Assembly (NCBI GenBank): GCA_050949565.1
Contig: JBMNFY010000017.1
Span: forward strand, 1,696,001-1,760,000
DNA length: 64,000 bases
Direction: 5' to 3'
Source: Kiritimatiellia bacterium
Lineage (GTDB): Bacteria > Verrucomicrobiota > Kiritimatiellia > RFP12 > UBA1067
Positions 20,818 to 34,953 of this stretch are shown here, piece after piece (position 1 is the first letter of the stretch; every line of letters begins with the position of its first letter). The notes beneath the pieces were generated by a model, which saw nothing but the letters and a program-made list of their open reading frames with translations, had not been told where the DNA came from and searched no databases. A program made the translations under genes and the position numbers.

Positions 20818-21519
20818 ATGCGTGAATACCTGAATGAGATTACGGCGATCCTGAATCGGATCGAGAATGAAGAGCCGGAGAATCTGGCGCTAGCCTCGGA
20901 TGCGGTGGCGGACGTCATCTGCAACGATGCGCTCGTGCATATCTTCGGCTGCGGACACTCCCATCTCGTCGCGCTCGACACCTTTTACCGTGCGGGCGGG
21001 CTGGCGTGCGTGTCGCCGCTTCTCGACGAGGATCTGATGCTCCATGATGGCGGCGCGAAGTCGAGCCGCATGGAGAAAATACCGGGCATTGGCGCGGAGG
21101 CTTTCCGCCGGCACGCGGTGAAGCAGGACGACCTCGTGGTCGTCATCTCCGCGAGCGGCAAGAATGCCGCGCCGGTCGAGGTGCTCCGGTGCGCCAAGAC
21201 CGCAGGCGTGAAGACCATCGCCATTTCGTCGTCTGCGTACAAGACGCACGGCGCGGTGCTGCTGGACGAGGCGGATATCGGCATTGACTCCAAGGTCGTC
21301 TACGGCGATGCGGTCATCCCGGTCGGGGACGTGATGATGGGCGGCATGTCCACGTTCGCCGGGCTTTTCATTCTCAATTCCGCCCTCATCGAAGGCGCGC
21401 GCAAAGCGCTCGCGCGCGGCGTGACGCCGCCGATTTATCGGAGCGGCAATGTCGAAGGCGGTACGGCGCTGAACGTGGCGCTTGAAGAGCGGTATTTCGG
21501 ACGCATAAAACGGCTCTGA
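20818..21519 (+). CDS. SIS-domain sugar isomerase family protein
   Basis: FGCGHSH, FYRAGGL, ISASGKN, SGNVEGG. Confidence 0.85.
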   Translation: MREYLNEITAILNRIENEEPENLALASDAVADVICNDALVHIFGCGHSHLVALDTFYRAGGLACVSPLLDEDLMLHDGGAKSSRMEKIPGIGAEAFRRHAVKQDDLVVVISASGKNAAPVEVLRCAKTAGVKTIAISSSAYKTHGAVLLDEADIGIDSKVVYGDAVIPVGDVMMGGMSTFAGLFILNSALIEGARKALARGVTPPIYRSGNVEGGTALNVALEERYFGRIKRL

Positions 21520-21520
21520 T

Positions 21521-22330
21521 ATGGCGAACATTGCAATCATAGGACTGGTGGGCAAGTCGATGTTCTTCGACGTGCCGCGTTTTCACACGGGCGGCGAAAC
21601 GATTACGGCCTGCGGCTATTACGAAGAGTGGGGCGGCAAGGGCTTCAACCAAGCTATCGCTGCGGCGCGACAGGACGCGGAGGTGGCGTTTCTCGGCGCC
21701 TGCTCGACCGATGACAAGAAACCGATCGAGGCGTTTTGCAGGAACGAGGGCGTCATGGCGCGCATGTGCGTCAAGAACCGACCATCAGCCTGTGCAGCCA
21801 TCCTGACGGACGGAACGGGCGAGACACGCGTCACGGTCCATCCCGGTGCTGAGCTCGCGGCAAAGGACGTCGACGGTTTCGCCGGATCGATTGCCATAGC
21901 CGATTTCCTCCTGCTCAACAACGAAGTGCCGGAGGACGTCAATCTTGCGGCGATCGAGATCGCCCGTCGGTATGGTATCAAGATCATCTTCAATCCGGCA
22001 CCGGCACGCCCGTTGCCGCAGGCGATTCTCAACGCCGTCTCGATCTTCACGCCGAACGAATTCGAGGAGTCCTCTCTGCCACATTCTTCCGCTGAGGTTG
22101 TCACGACCCTTGGCGCGAAAGGTTGCCGTGTCCGTTCGACGGGCGAAATCATCCCGGCGCCGGTGACGCAAGCCGTCGATTCGACCGGGGCGGGAGACAC
22201 GTTCAATGCGGTGTTGGCCGTGCGGCTCGCCGAGGGCGCAACACTGCGCGAGGCTTGCGTTGCGGCGAACGCCGCAGCCGCGCAGTCCGTTGCTGTCAAG
22301 TACGTCATGCCATCCCTGCCCCGGCGTTAG
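21521..22330 (+). CDS. ribokinase / PfkB family sugar kinase
   Basis: GGKGFNQAIAAAR, NPAP, PNEFE, DSTGAGDTF. Confidence 0.88.
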   Translation: MANIAIIGLVGKSMFFDVPRFHTGGETITACGYYEEWGGKGFNQAIAAARQDAEVAFLGACSTDDKKPIEAFCRNEGVMARMCVKNRPSACAAILTDGTGETRVTVHPGAELAAKDVDGFAGSIAIADFLLLNNEVPEDVNLAAIEIARRYGIKIIFNPAPARPLPQAILNAVSIFTPNEFEESSLPHSSAEVVTTLGAKGCRVRSTGEIIPAPVTQAVDSTGAGDTFNAVLAVRLAEGATLREACVAANAAAAQSVAVKYVMPSLPRR

Positions 22331-22381
22331 AGGCCGAGGTGGGGGAACGCTCAACGCTCAACGTTCAACTCACAAACAGCG

Positions 22382-22406
22382 CGGCTCGTGGGGACACTCG
22401 CCCTCC
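22382..22406. repeat. REP-like element family B
   Basis: CGGCTCGTGGGGACACTCGCCCTCC; related copies at ~20689-20713 and 36641-36665 (reverse). Confidence 0.7.
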
Positions 22407-22678
22407 AGTGCTACAGTCTGGATTCGCGAAGCACCGGGAGGGTCAAGCGTCTGCTTGACCGGCGGCGGTCACGCCGCCACTCCCGTGGTGTCGGCAAAGC
22501 CGGCAGCCGAGCCCAACTCCTCACTCCTCAATCCTCACTCCTCAATCCGCACGCGACGCGGAAGGCGGCGCGTGCGGTCCGAGTGCCGCAGTTGTGTTCC
22601 ATCCGGTTGTTTGCCATAATAGAACACGGTTTTGAGATGAGTTGCATCTGAGGCTCTTGCAAAACCTCTCGCCTGCGG

Positions 22679-22729
22679 GTGTGGCACGGGCATCTTGCCC
22701 GTGTTTCATGGGCGGGACGCCCATGCCAC
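22679..22729. repeat. REP-like element family A, inverted pair
   Basis: GTGTGGCACGGGCATCTTGCCCGTG; identical copies at 28461-28485 and 36741-36765 (reverse). Confidence 0.8.
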
Positions 22730-22803
22730 GAGGGGTTTTGAGGTGAGTTGCATCTGGTAGCAAGCGAAACACACACAACACACACACACATTTTTACGCG
22801 ACA

Positions 22804-23628
22804 ATGATTACTGAACGACATCGAAAATCTCTTATCCGAGCGAATTATCACACGCACACAACGTGGTGCGATGGGGCGCATGCACCCGAAGCGGTCATCC
22901 TGTCGGCGATAGCCAAGGGATTTGAGGCGATCGGATTTTCATCGCATGTGGCATTCCCGGAGCGGATTCTGGGAATGCTTGATCCAGATAAGGGTTTGGA
23001 ATATGCGGCGGACATTCGTCGCCTTCAAGCCAAGTACGCCGACCGCATCAAGGTGTTTCTGGGAGTGGAAGCCGATTACATTCCCGGGGCGACCGCGCCC
23101 GAGCGTTCGCGTTACGCCGCCTTGAATCTCGACTACATGATCGGCGCCATTCACTACGTGGTCACGGACGATGGCTCCCGCGTTCCCGTGGATAATCTGC
23201 CTCGGATGACGATGGAGGGCATCGCCGCGCACTTCCAAGGTAGCGTGGAGGCGTACATCAGGGCCTACTTCCGGCAGTTGCGCGAGATGGTGTCGCGGTA
23301 TGAGTTTGAGATTGTCGCGCATCTGGACCTGGTCCGGAAGTTCAACGTCCGGAACCCCTATTTCGACGAAGACGCGGCATGGTACCGGGAAGAGTTAGAG
23401 CAGACGGCGGATGTCGTTGCCGCATCCGGCAAGATCGTCGAGGTCAACACCGGCGCTATCTCCCGTGGGTGGCTGGATGATGCGTATCCGTCGCGACCGT
23501 TCCGTGATCTGCTGCGCAAACGCGGTGTGCGCTTCATCCTCTCTGCCGACGCCCATGCCGCCGACACGATCGACTGCGCCTTTGATCGCTTTTCCTTGGA
23601 GGAGCGCTTTTTGGAAATGCTGCCCTAG
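22804..23628 (+). CDS. histidinol-phosphatase HisJ family (PHP domain)
   Basis: NYHTHTTWCDG, GFSSH, GVEAD, HLDLV, EVNTG, SADAH. Confidence 0.85.
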   Translation: MITERHRKSLIRANYHTHTTWCDGAHAPEAVILSAIAKGFEAIGFSSHVAFPERILGMLDPDKGLEYAADIRRLQAKYADRIKVFLGVEADYIPGATAPERSRYAALNLDYMIGAIHYVVTDDGSRVPVDNLPRMTMEGIAAHFQGSVEAYIRAYFRQLREMVSRYEFEIVAHLDLVRKFNVRNPYFDEDAAWYREELEQTADVVAASGKIVEVNTGAISRGWLDDAYPSRPFRDLLRKRGVRFILSADAHAADTIDCAFDRFSLEERFLEMLP

Positions 23629-23674
23629 CCTTCGTCAGTTGCCCCGGTACCGGGATTTCCTTTACCATACCGGC

Positions 23675-26056
23675 ATGAAACACATCGGATGCGCGTTGAC
23701 GGTATTTTTATTCTTGCACACCTCGGGATATGCGGCGCTTGCGGTTGACAACCGTCCCGCGTACGCTGACGAGTGGGGCTATCGGCCGACCGATGGCTCT
23801 ACGGCGGTCATGAATCCGCCCTCCTTCACTTGGATCCACGACAAACGTGCCGAGCACTACCAGATCGAATGGTCGCGGACGCGCGACTTCGCCGCTCCCG
23901 GCACCGCCAAAAAAGTGCCTTGGTGCGTCTACACCCACCATGAGCCGCTTGAGCCGGGCGTCTGGTTCTGGCGCTACCGTTTCACTACCCCCAAGCAGGA
24001 GGTGTCGACGTGGAGCGCGGTGCGGAGTGTGACCATCCCGGACAACGCGATCCTCTTTCCTATGCCGACGCGCGCTCAGCAGCGTGAGCGGTTGCCGGAA
24101 AAACATCCGCGCCTCTTTATGCGTCCGGAGGATCTGCCGCGGATGCGCGCCGCCGCGCAGGATGGGCCGGCTGCCGCACGTTTCGCCGCACTCCGCAAAG
24201 CAGCCGACGACCTGATCAAGAAGGGTCCGACGCCTGAACCGGCGCATCGTGGATCGGCCCGCAACAAGGATGACGACGAGGCCGTCAAACATTGGTGGCC
24301 CAACCGCCTGATCGGCGACCGCGCCAGCAACGAGGTCGAACTGCTCGCCTTTGTTTGGCTGATGACTCAGGATGCGCGTTATGGCGAGGCGGCCCGCTCG
24401 TTCCTGATGGCGCTCGCCGCGTGGGACCCGGACGGCCCCAGCAACTTCGCGCTGAACTGCGAGGCAGGCAAGGCCGTACTCTATCGTCCGGCGCGCGCGT
24501 ACGACTGGATCTACGACATTCTCACCGAGGCGGAGCGCGCCCGTTTCCGCGCGGTGTGGTCGCGCCGCGTGGCCGACGCCTGGAAGAGCGGCGAGGTCGG
24601 TCACGGCAACGGCCACCTGACGCGTCCGCTCAATAGCCACGGCAACCGCATCTGGCACAAGATCGCTGAAGTCGCCATCGCTTTCTACGGTGAGGTGCCG
24701 GAGGCCGAGACCTGGCTCGATTACGCCGTGAACAAATTTTACGCCGCCTATCCGGTCTGGGCGGATGATGACGGCGGCTGGCACGAAGGCGTCCACTATC
24801 TCACCGGTTACATGAACAAAGTCACGCCTTGGATGCAGATCGCGCACAGCGCGCTCGGTATCGACGGTCTTAAGAAGCCGTTCTTCAACCAGATCGGCAA
24901 CCTTCCGCTTTACGTCATGCCGCCTCACTCGCCCAACGCCGGCTTTGGCGACCTCTCCTACCGTCCGCTCTCCTGCGCGTATCTCCACTACTTCGCTCGC
25001 ATGAAAGGGGCCGATCCCGCTGGCGCGGCTGCGGCGGCCAACTGGTCGTGGTGGCTCCAGCAGACCCGTGCGGGCACCCCCGGCGGCGTCGAGGGCTTTC
25101 TGTACGCCGTCAATCTGCCGCCGCTGCCCGCGCCCGTTGCGCCGGCCAACCGGCCGCAGTCGATGGTCTTCCGCGGTACGGGCATTGTCAGTCTGCATGC
25201 GACCCTGCTCGACAGTCGCGACGACGTGCATCTGCTCTTCAAGGCTGCTCCTTTCGGCACCAGCAGCCATGGCCACAATGCGCAACTCGGCATTCAACTG
25301 AACGCTTTCGGCGACTGTCTGCTGCCCGCCTGTACCTACCGCGATCTGCACGGCAGTGCGTTCCACTACAAATGGGCGCACGCCGCGCGTTCCCAGAACA
25401 CGGTGCTCGTCAATGGGGGCAACCCGCGCATGCACTCGGCCGCCGCCACAGGCAGCATCCTCGACGCGCGTTTTTCCCCTGAGTGGGACTACGTGCGCGG
25501 AGAAGCGACCGCCACCTACACCGGTGCCGTGACACGGGCCGAGCGCGCCGTGCTTTTCGTCAAGCCCGACATCGTGGTGCTCTACGACGATTTCGCCGCG
25601 CCCGCGCCCGCCACCTTCCAGTTCATGTCGCACGGGCTCAGCGCCTTCACGCTCGACGAAGCCGCGCAAACTCTGCGTCTCTCCCAGCAGAACGCCAGCC
25701 TTGAGGTCCGTTATTTCGCGCCCCAGCCGCTCATTTTCACGCAGACCGACGGCTTCGACCCGCCGCCCAAAATGCGCAACGGACGCCCCCCGTTCCCCAA
25801 TCACTGGCATGTCGAGGCCGCGACACGCAAGCCCGCCACGACCAGCGACACCCTCACGCTATTGCTTCCCGCACGCGTTGGCAAAGAGGTGCCTTGCCAG
25901 GCTGAACGCATCGACTCGCCCACCGCCAGCGGCCTGCGCATCACGCGCGGCGGCAAAACGCTGCGCATCGCCTTCCGAAAGCATGGCGTCAGCGCCGCAG
26001 AGTGGGACGGCACAGCGTTTGATGGGCCGGTCTTCGTTAGTGCATTAGTGCATTAG
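23675..26056 (+). CDS. secreted heparinase II/III-family (DUF4962-like) polysaccharide lyase
   Basis: signal peptide, NPPSFTW, HPRLF, DGGWHEG, SHGHNAQ. Confidence 0.75.
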   Translation: MKHIGCALTVFLFLHTSGYAALAVDNRPAYADEWGYRPTDGSTAVMNPPSFTWIHDKRAEHYQIEWSRTRDFAAPGTAKKVPWCVYTHHEPLEPGVWFWRYRFTTPKQEVSTWSAVRSVTIPDNAILFPMPTRAQQRERLPEKHPRLFMRPEDLPRMRAAAQDGPAAARFAALRKAADDLIKKGPTPEPAHRGSARNKDDDEAVKHWWPNRLIGDRASNEVELLAFVWLMTQDARYGEAARSFLMALAAWDPDGPSNFALNCEAGKAVLYRPARAYDWIYDILTEAERARFRAVWSRRVADAWKSGEVGHGNGHLTRPLNSHGNRIWHKIAEVAIAFYGEVPEAETWLDYAVNKFYAAYPVWADDDGGWHEGVHYLTGYMNKVTPWMQIAHSALGIDGLKKPFFNQIGNLPLYVMPPHSPNAGFGDLSYRPLSCAYLHYFARMKGADPAGAAAAANWSWWLQQTRAGTPGGVEGFLYAVNLPPLPAPVAPANRPQSMVFRGTGIVSLHATLLDSRDDVHLLFKAAPFGTSSHGHNAQLGIQLNAFGDCLLPACTYRDLHGSAFHYKWAHAARSQNTVLVNGGNPRMHSAAATGSILDARFSPEWDYVRGEATATYTGAVTRAERAVLFVKPDIVVLYDDFAAPAPATFQFMSHGLSAFTLDEAAQTLRLSQQNASLEVRYFAPQPLIFTQTDGFDPPPKMRNGRPPFPNHWHVEAATRKPATTSDTLTLLLPARVGKEVPCQAERIDSPTASGLRITRGGKTLRIAFRKHGVSAAEWDGTAFDGPVFVSALVH

Positions 26057-26094
26057 TGCCTTATCGGCCCGACAAGCGCGATAAAAAACAAGTT

Positions 26095-26520
26095 GTTTCC
26101 TCGCACGAAGGCACAAAGGGCACTAAGGTTTTTTTGGGGGGCAGGGCTGGCCGCAAGTCGCAAGTCGCGGGTCGCGAGTCAACCACTCTTATTGCGACTA
26201 CGCAGTGGCTCGCAATCTTGAGAGTAAAAGCGCTGCTCTGTTTTTTGGAACCGCCAAGACGCCAGGAACGCCAAGGGGTTGGGGAGGGCGCTGCTCAGTT
26301 TTTTAGCCGCAGAGAACGCAAAGATCGCAAAGGTTTTTGGGGGCATGCACCGCCTTCTGTGAACGCCGAACGCCGAACTCAGAACGCCGAAGTGAAAATC
26401 CCAAATCTAAAATCTCAAGCCCGCGCACCGCGCGGCAAGGGGGAGTCCCCGATTTTCATGAAGTTTCATGTGTTTCATGGTTAAGAACGGGTCTCGACAA
26501 CCAAGGGACAGGTATTTAGA
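26095..26520. repeat. intergenic stack of several short tandem-repeat half-arms
   Basis: (CGCAAGT)n, (CGCCAAGA)n, (CGCAAAGA)n, (AACGCCG)n, (AAATCCC/T)n, (TTCATG)n; ~90-bp segment 26145-26238 repeated at 36518-36604. Confidence 0.75.
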
Positions 26521-26695
26521 CCCCTGCCAGTATTCACCACTTGCCGCTCCCTGAGCCAAAATGTCACACATGCTCAGGACATCCTGTCGCATGAATGCAT
26601 GACGGGGCGGCGCTTACTTGTTAGAGTGGGCTAAGTTTCGCGCTAAATGGGCAAAAAATCGCCGTTGTTTTGAAAATTTTCGTGATTGTGGCGGT

Positions 26696-26711
26696 TGGCA
26701 CGCGGATAGCT
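26696..26711 (+). promoter_or_regulatory. possible sigma-54 promoter upstream of degQ
   Basis: TGGCAC-N5-TAGCT, near the -24/-12 consensus. Confidence 0.4.
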
Positions 26712-26881
26712 TGTTACTAAAGCGCCGAAGCGAGAGACGGCAAAAGGTTGACAAAAACAGGTCCGTATAGGCCATAACCCCTTTCACTCGCCAGGCCGTT
26801 GGTTCATATAGGTTGCCGTCTGCTGACTGGGGTTATGGCCTAGTTTTTACACTTTGTTCAAAAGGTTATAGGAGGTGCCGC

Positions 26882-28351
26882 ATGAAGATGAAAGGTACAC
26901 GAATGGGGAGCAGCGTTCTTTTAGCGGCGTTGCTGATCGGATCAAGCGTTTTCGCCAAAGAGGCTGGTGCGCTTGATTTTCGCAAGGGTTTTTCGGGAGT
27001 CGCGGCGAAGGCGACGCCGGCGGTTGTGTTTATTCAGGTGGAGAAGCAGGTGCCGGCCGGGCACATGTATCAATTCAACAATCCCTTCGATCTGTTCGGC
27101 GATGATTTCGCGGAGCGGTTTTTTGGCGTGCCGCGCAGGCCACGTCCGGATCGCAGAGCGCCCAACCGCAATCGCCAGCCGATGTTCAAGCAGACCGGGC
27201 AAGGTTCGGGGTTCATCATCAGCAAGGATGGCTATATTCTGACCAACACCCACGTGGTGGGTGATGTAGACACAATCACGGTGCGCCTGTCAGACGGACG
27301 GGAGTTCAAGGCGAAGCGCATCGGTGCCGACCCGCGGACAGAGGTAGCGCTGATCAAAATCGAGTCTGAGGGCGATCTCCCGGTGCTGGAAATCGGCGAT
27401 CCGGAGAAGTTGCAGATCGGTGAGTGGGTGATTGCGATTGGCAACCCCTTTGGACTAAAGGAGACACTTACGGTGGGTGTAGTGAGTGCTAAAGGACGCA
27501 GTAACATCGGCATCACGGACTACGAAGATTTCATCCAGACCGACGCCGCGATTAATCCCGGCAACTCGGGCGGACCGCTCCTGAACATCGACGGCAAGGT
27601 TGTCGGAATCAACACGGCGATCTACAGCCGTAGCGGCGGCTACATGGGAATCGGGTTTGCGGTGCCGATCGATATGGCAATGCGCATCAAGGATCAGCTC
27701 GTCACAAGTGGCAGAGTGACAAGGGGTTACGTCGGCGTGTACCTCAATCCCGGCGAGGTTACCGAAGAGATGGCCAAGTCCTTTGGGCGCAACGAAGCGG
27801 GCGGCGTACTGATTGCCGAAGTGGAAAAAGACGGGCCTGCCGACAAGGCCGGCATCCGCAGCGGCGACATCCTGACCGAGTTGAACGGCGTCAAAATCAA
27901 AGGAAACACCTCGTTTCGGAACGATGTGGCACGGATCATGCCTAACACCAAAGCCGAGATCACGCTGTTCCGTGAGGGCAAGCCCAAGAAGGTGACGCTG
28001 ACTGTGGGGACATTCCCCGACGACGATGCGGTGGCGGGCCAGACCGAGGGCGGCGGCGAACTGGCTGAGAAGCTGGGGTTCCAGGTGCAAGAGTTGACAC
28101 CGGACATCGCGCGGGAACTCGGTTACGAAGACGATGACGAAGGCGTGGTGGTGTCGGAGGTGGACCCGGCTTCGGTCGCGTACGAGAAAGGATTGCGACC
28201 TGGGATGTTGATCATCGAAGTCAACCGGAGCGAGGTAGAGAACCTGAGAGACTTTAAGAATGCGGTAGGCAAGAGACGCGGGAAGGGCGTGTTGCTGCGG
28301 GTCAAGACCCGCGGGGGAACCGTCTTCATGAACCTGCCGGTGAACGATTAA
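26882..28351 (+). CDS. degQ: HtrA/DegQ (Do) periplasmic serine endoprotease, 2 PDZ domains
   Basis: GSGFII, TNTHVV, DAAINPGNSGGPL. Confidence 0.92.
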   Translation: MKMKGTRMGSSVLLAALLIGSSVFAKEAGALDFRKGFSGVAAKATPAVVFIQVEKQVPAGHMYQFNNPFDLFGDDFAERFFGVPRRPRPDRRAPNRNRQPMFKQTGQGSGFIISKDGYILTNTHVVGDVDTITVRLSDGREFKAKRIGADPRTEVALIKIESEGDLPVLEIGDPEKLQIGEWVIAIGNPFGLKETLTVGVVSAKGRSNIGITDYEDFIQTDAAINPGNSGGPLLNIDGKVVGINTAIYSRSGGYMGIGFAVPIDMAMRIKDQLVTSGRVTRGYVGVYLNPGEVTEEMAKSFGRNEAGGVLIAEVEKDGPADKAGIRSGDILTELNGVKIKGNTSFRNDVARIMPNTKAEITLFREGKPKKVTLTVGTFPDDDAVAGQTEGGGELAEKLGFQVQELTPDIARELGYEDDDEGVVVSEVDPASVAYEKGLRPGMLIIEVNRSEVENLRDFKNAVGKRRGKGVLLRVKTRGGTVFMNLPVND

Positions 28352-28392
28352 CCACACAACCAAAGTATATATAGACCACTCCTGTCATGCAG

Positions 28393-28426
28393 CACCGGGG
28401 CCGGGTAACACCGGCCCCGGTTTTTT
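28393..28426 (+). terminator. intrinsic terminator
   Basis: ACCGGGGCCGG...CCGGCCCCGGT hairpin followed by T-run. Confidence 0.8.
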
Positions 28427-28583
28427 GCCCTGAGGCTCTTACAAAACTCCTTGCTTGCAGGTGTGGCACGGGCATCTTGCCCGTGTTTCTTGCGTTCTGC
28501 GTTTTTCTGTTTTTGGGGTTGTCAAGTGCCACTGCTTTTTTTATCCTGAAAGACCAAGCTTGCGGAGAGAAAGAGAGGTTCGA

Positions 28584-29117
28584 GTGATTTTACCAGTGGT
28601 GACATACGGAAACGAGATCTTGCGGCAGAAGGCCGTCCCGATAGCGCAGATCACGGATGAGATCCGGCAACTGGCCAGCGACATGCTGGAGAGCATGTAT
28701 GCGGCCAAGGGGGTGGGGCTGGCCGCCGAGCAGGTCGGGCGCACCGAGAGCATCTGTGTGATCGACGTGCCGCGCGAGGCCGAGAAAGAGGAGTGCCGCG
28801 ACTTCAACGCTGAGATCGCCATGCCGCTGGTTCTGATCAATCCTGAGATCATCGAGACCGAAGGCTCGCAGCGCAACGAAGAGGGGTGCCTCAGTTTCCC
28901 GGAGATCGGTGCGCCGATCACGCGCGCCGACACCGTCGCAGTAACCTATCTGGACCTCGAAGGCCGTCGCCAGACCATCAAGGCGCGCGGACTGCTCTCG
29001 CGTGCCATCCAGCACGAGACCGATCATCTCAACGGCGTGCTACTGGTAGACCGCATGAGTCCGATGCAGAAACTCTCCGTCGCCGGCCAGCTCAAACGCC
29101 TGCAAAAAAAATCCTGA
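28584..29117 (+). CDS. def: peptide deformylase
   Basis: GVGLAA, EGCLS, QHETDHLNG; GTG start after GAGG. Confidence 0.95.
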   Translation: MILPVVTYGNEILRQKAVPIAQITDEIRQLASDMLESMYAAKGVGLAAEQVGRTESICVIDVPREAEKEECRDFNAEIAMPLVLINPEIIETEGSQRNEEGCLSFPEIGAPITRADTVAVTYLDLEGRRQTIKARGLLSRAIQHETDHLNGVLLVDRMSPMQKLSVAGQLKRLQKKS

Positions 29118-29136
29118 AAAATTTTCATTTTCCCCG

Positions 29137-29297
29137 TTGACTCCCTTGGCGGGGCTGTGGTAATGTGTGCGGCTCTTTCCGGGGCACCAGGCGGCGCGCG
29201 CCGCCCGGGGCGCCGGGGGGGCGGCGGAGGGGGTTGCGGTTTTTCCGCGATTTTTTCCGCCGGGGGGTTGACAGGGCTCCGGCTTTTTTGCTAAAGT
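29137..29297 (+). promoter_or_regulatory. tandem rRNA promoters P1/P2
   Basis: TTGACT..GGTAAT and TTGACA..TGcTAAAGT; boxA-like TGCTCTATGACA at ~29344. Confidence 0.6.
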
Positions 29298-29522
29298 CCC
29301 AACCCGCGCTTGCAGAAGGCGGCGACGCCGCGCGGCGCGAAATTGCTCTATGACATCCGGTCGTTCAGGCGCTGAACCGCGTCGGGTCCCGAATCTTTTC
29401 AGAGGCGGGCCGGCGGGGATGCGGGAGAATAGGAAGCTTGTGACGAACCTGTCCGGAATCGAAAATGAGAGAAGGCGCGCGGCGCGGGGCCTGCGGGCTC
29501 TGGCGCGGCGCCTTCGCGAGAT

Positions 29523-31082
<1,560 letters not shown>

Positions 31083-31254
31083 TAAGGAGACAGGCCCCGC
31101 CGGGAGGCGGCGGCCGAAGGTGGAACGCCCTTTTTCAAAGAGGGCGTCCGGACGGAAGCGAAGCAGGCGGATGATTCTCCCGCACCCCCCCCGGGCCGCA
31201 GAGGCGGCCCGCCGCGAAGCGCCTGGACACGCGTCGAGAGAGACGCCCCGCGCC

Positions 31255-31330
31255 GGGGGCATAGCTCAGTTGGTAGAGCGCCAGCTTTGCAAGCTGGATG
31301 CCGCCGGTTCGAGCCCGGCTGCCTCCACCA
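31255..31330 (+). tRNA. tRNA-Ala(TGC)
   Basis: cloverleaf, anticodon TGC, G3:U70, CCA. Confidence 0.97.
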
Positions 31331-31450
31331 CCACGGGGTTTGTGGTTTGGGGTTCGGGATTTGTGGTTGCCGCGCATGCGGCGCTTTTCAATTCCTGAAT
31401 CCTAAATCCTAACTCCTAAATCCCGGAGGGAGCGCCGGCGCCCCGGAAGC

Positions 31451-31527
31451 GGGCGTGTAGCTCAGTCGGTTAGAGCGCGTCCCTGATAAGGACGAGGTCC
31501 CTGGTTCGATTCCAGGCACGCCCACCA
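31451..31527 (+). tRNA. tRNA-Ile(GAT)
   Basis: cloverleaf, anticodon loop CTGATAA, CCA. Confidence 0.97.
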
Positions 31528-31676
31528 CTCAGCGGAAGGGTTCTCTCGGCAAGGCGCGGCCGGCATGGTTTTCCTGCCCCGTTTGCGGGGCGGGTTTTGA
31601 TCTTTGACAACTGCACAGTCTGGGTATCAATTTAAGAGTTGCAACGTAAGCGAGATTGGCGAGGGTTTCGATCTTC

Positions 31677-34581
<2,905 letters not shown>

Positions 34582-34711
34582 TTTTTCCAACTTCACTTGA
34601 TTGAAGGCCGGGGGCGCGATCCCCGCCCTTCCGCTTGCGGCGCGGCTCTTGCTGCCGCCCTGACTGTGCGTTGTCTTTATTTTCCGGGCCGGAGGGCCCG
34701 GGCCGGGTTTT

Positions 34712-34826
34712 CCCGGTGGCCACGGAGGGGAGGCAACACCCGTTCCCATCCCGAACACGGAAGTGAAGGGCCCCATCGCCGAGGGTACTGCAGGACGCGC
34801 CTGTGGGAGAGTAGGACGCCGCCGGG
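34712..34826 (+). rRNA. rrf: 5S rRNA
   Basis: CACCCGTTCCCATCCCGAACACGGAAGTGAAG, GGGAGAGTAGG. Confidence 0.95.
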
Positions 34827-34835
34827 GTTTAATCG

Positions 34836-34877
34836 CGGGGGCCGCGGGTCGCAAGACCCGCGGCCCCCTTTTCTTTG
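34836..34877 (+). terminator. rRNA operon terminator
   Basis: GGGGGCCGCGGGTC-GCAA-GACCCGCGGCCCCC hairpin plus T-run. Confidence 0.9.
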
Positions 34878-34953
34878 GACGGGCGGCGTGAACGCCGCCC
34901 GCAGTACCCGGCAAAACTCCTAACTCCTAACTCCTAAATCCTAAATTTCCCCT

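Noticed and set aside
23708-25810. 700-aa antisense ORF and similar long reverse ORFs
   Set aside because: High-GC shadow frames opposite well-supported genes.
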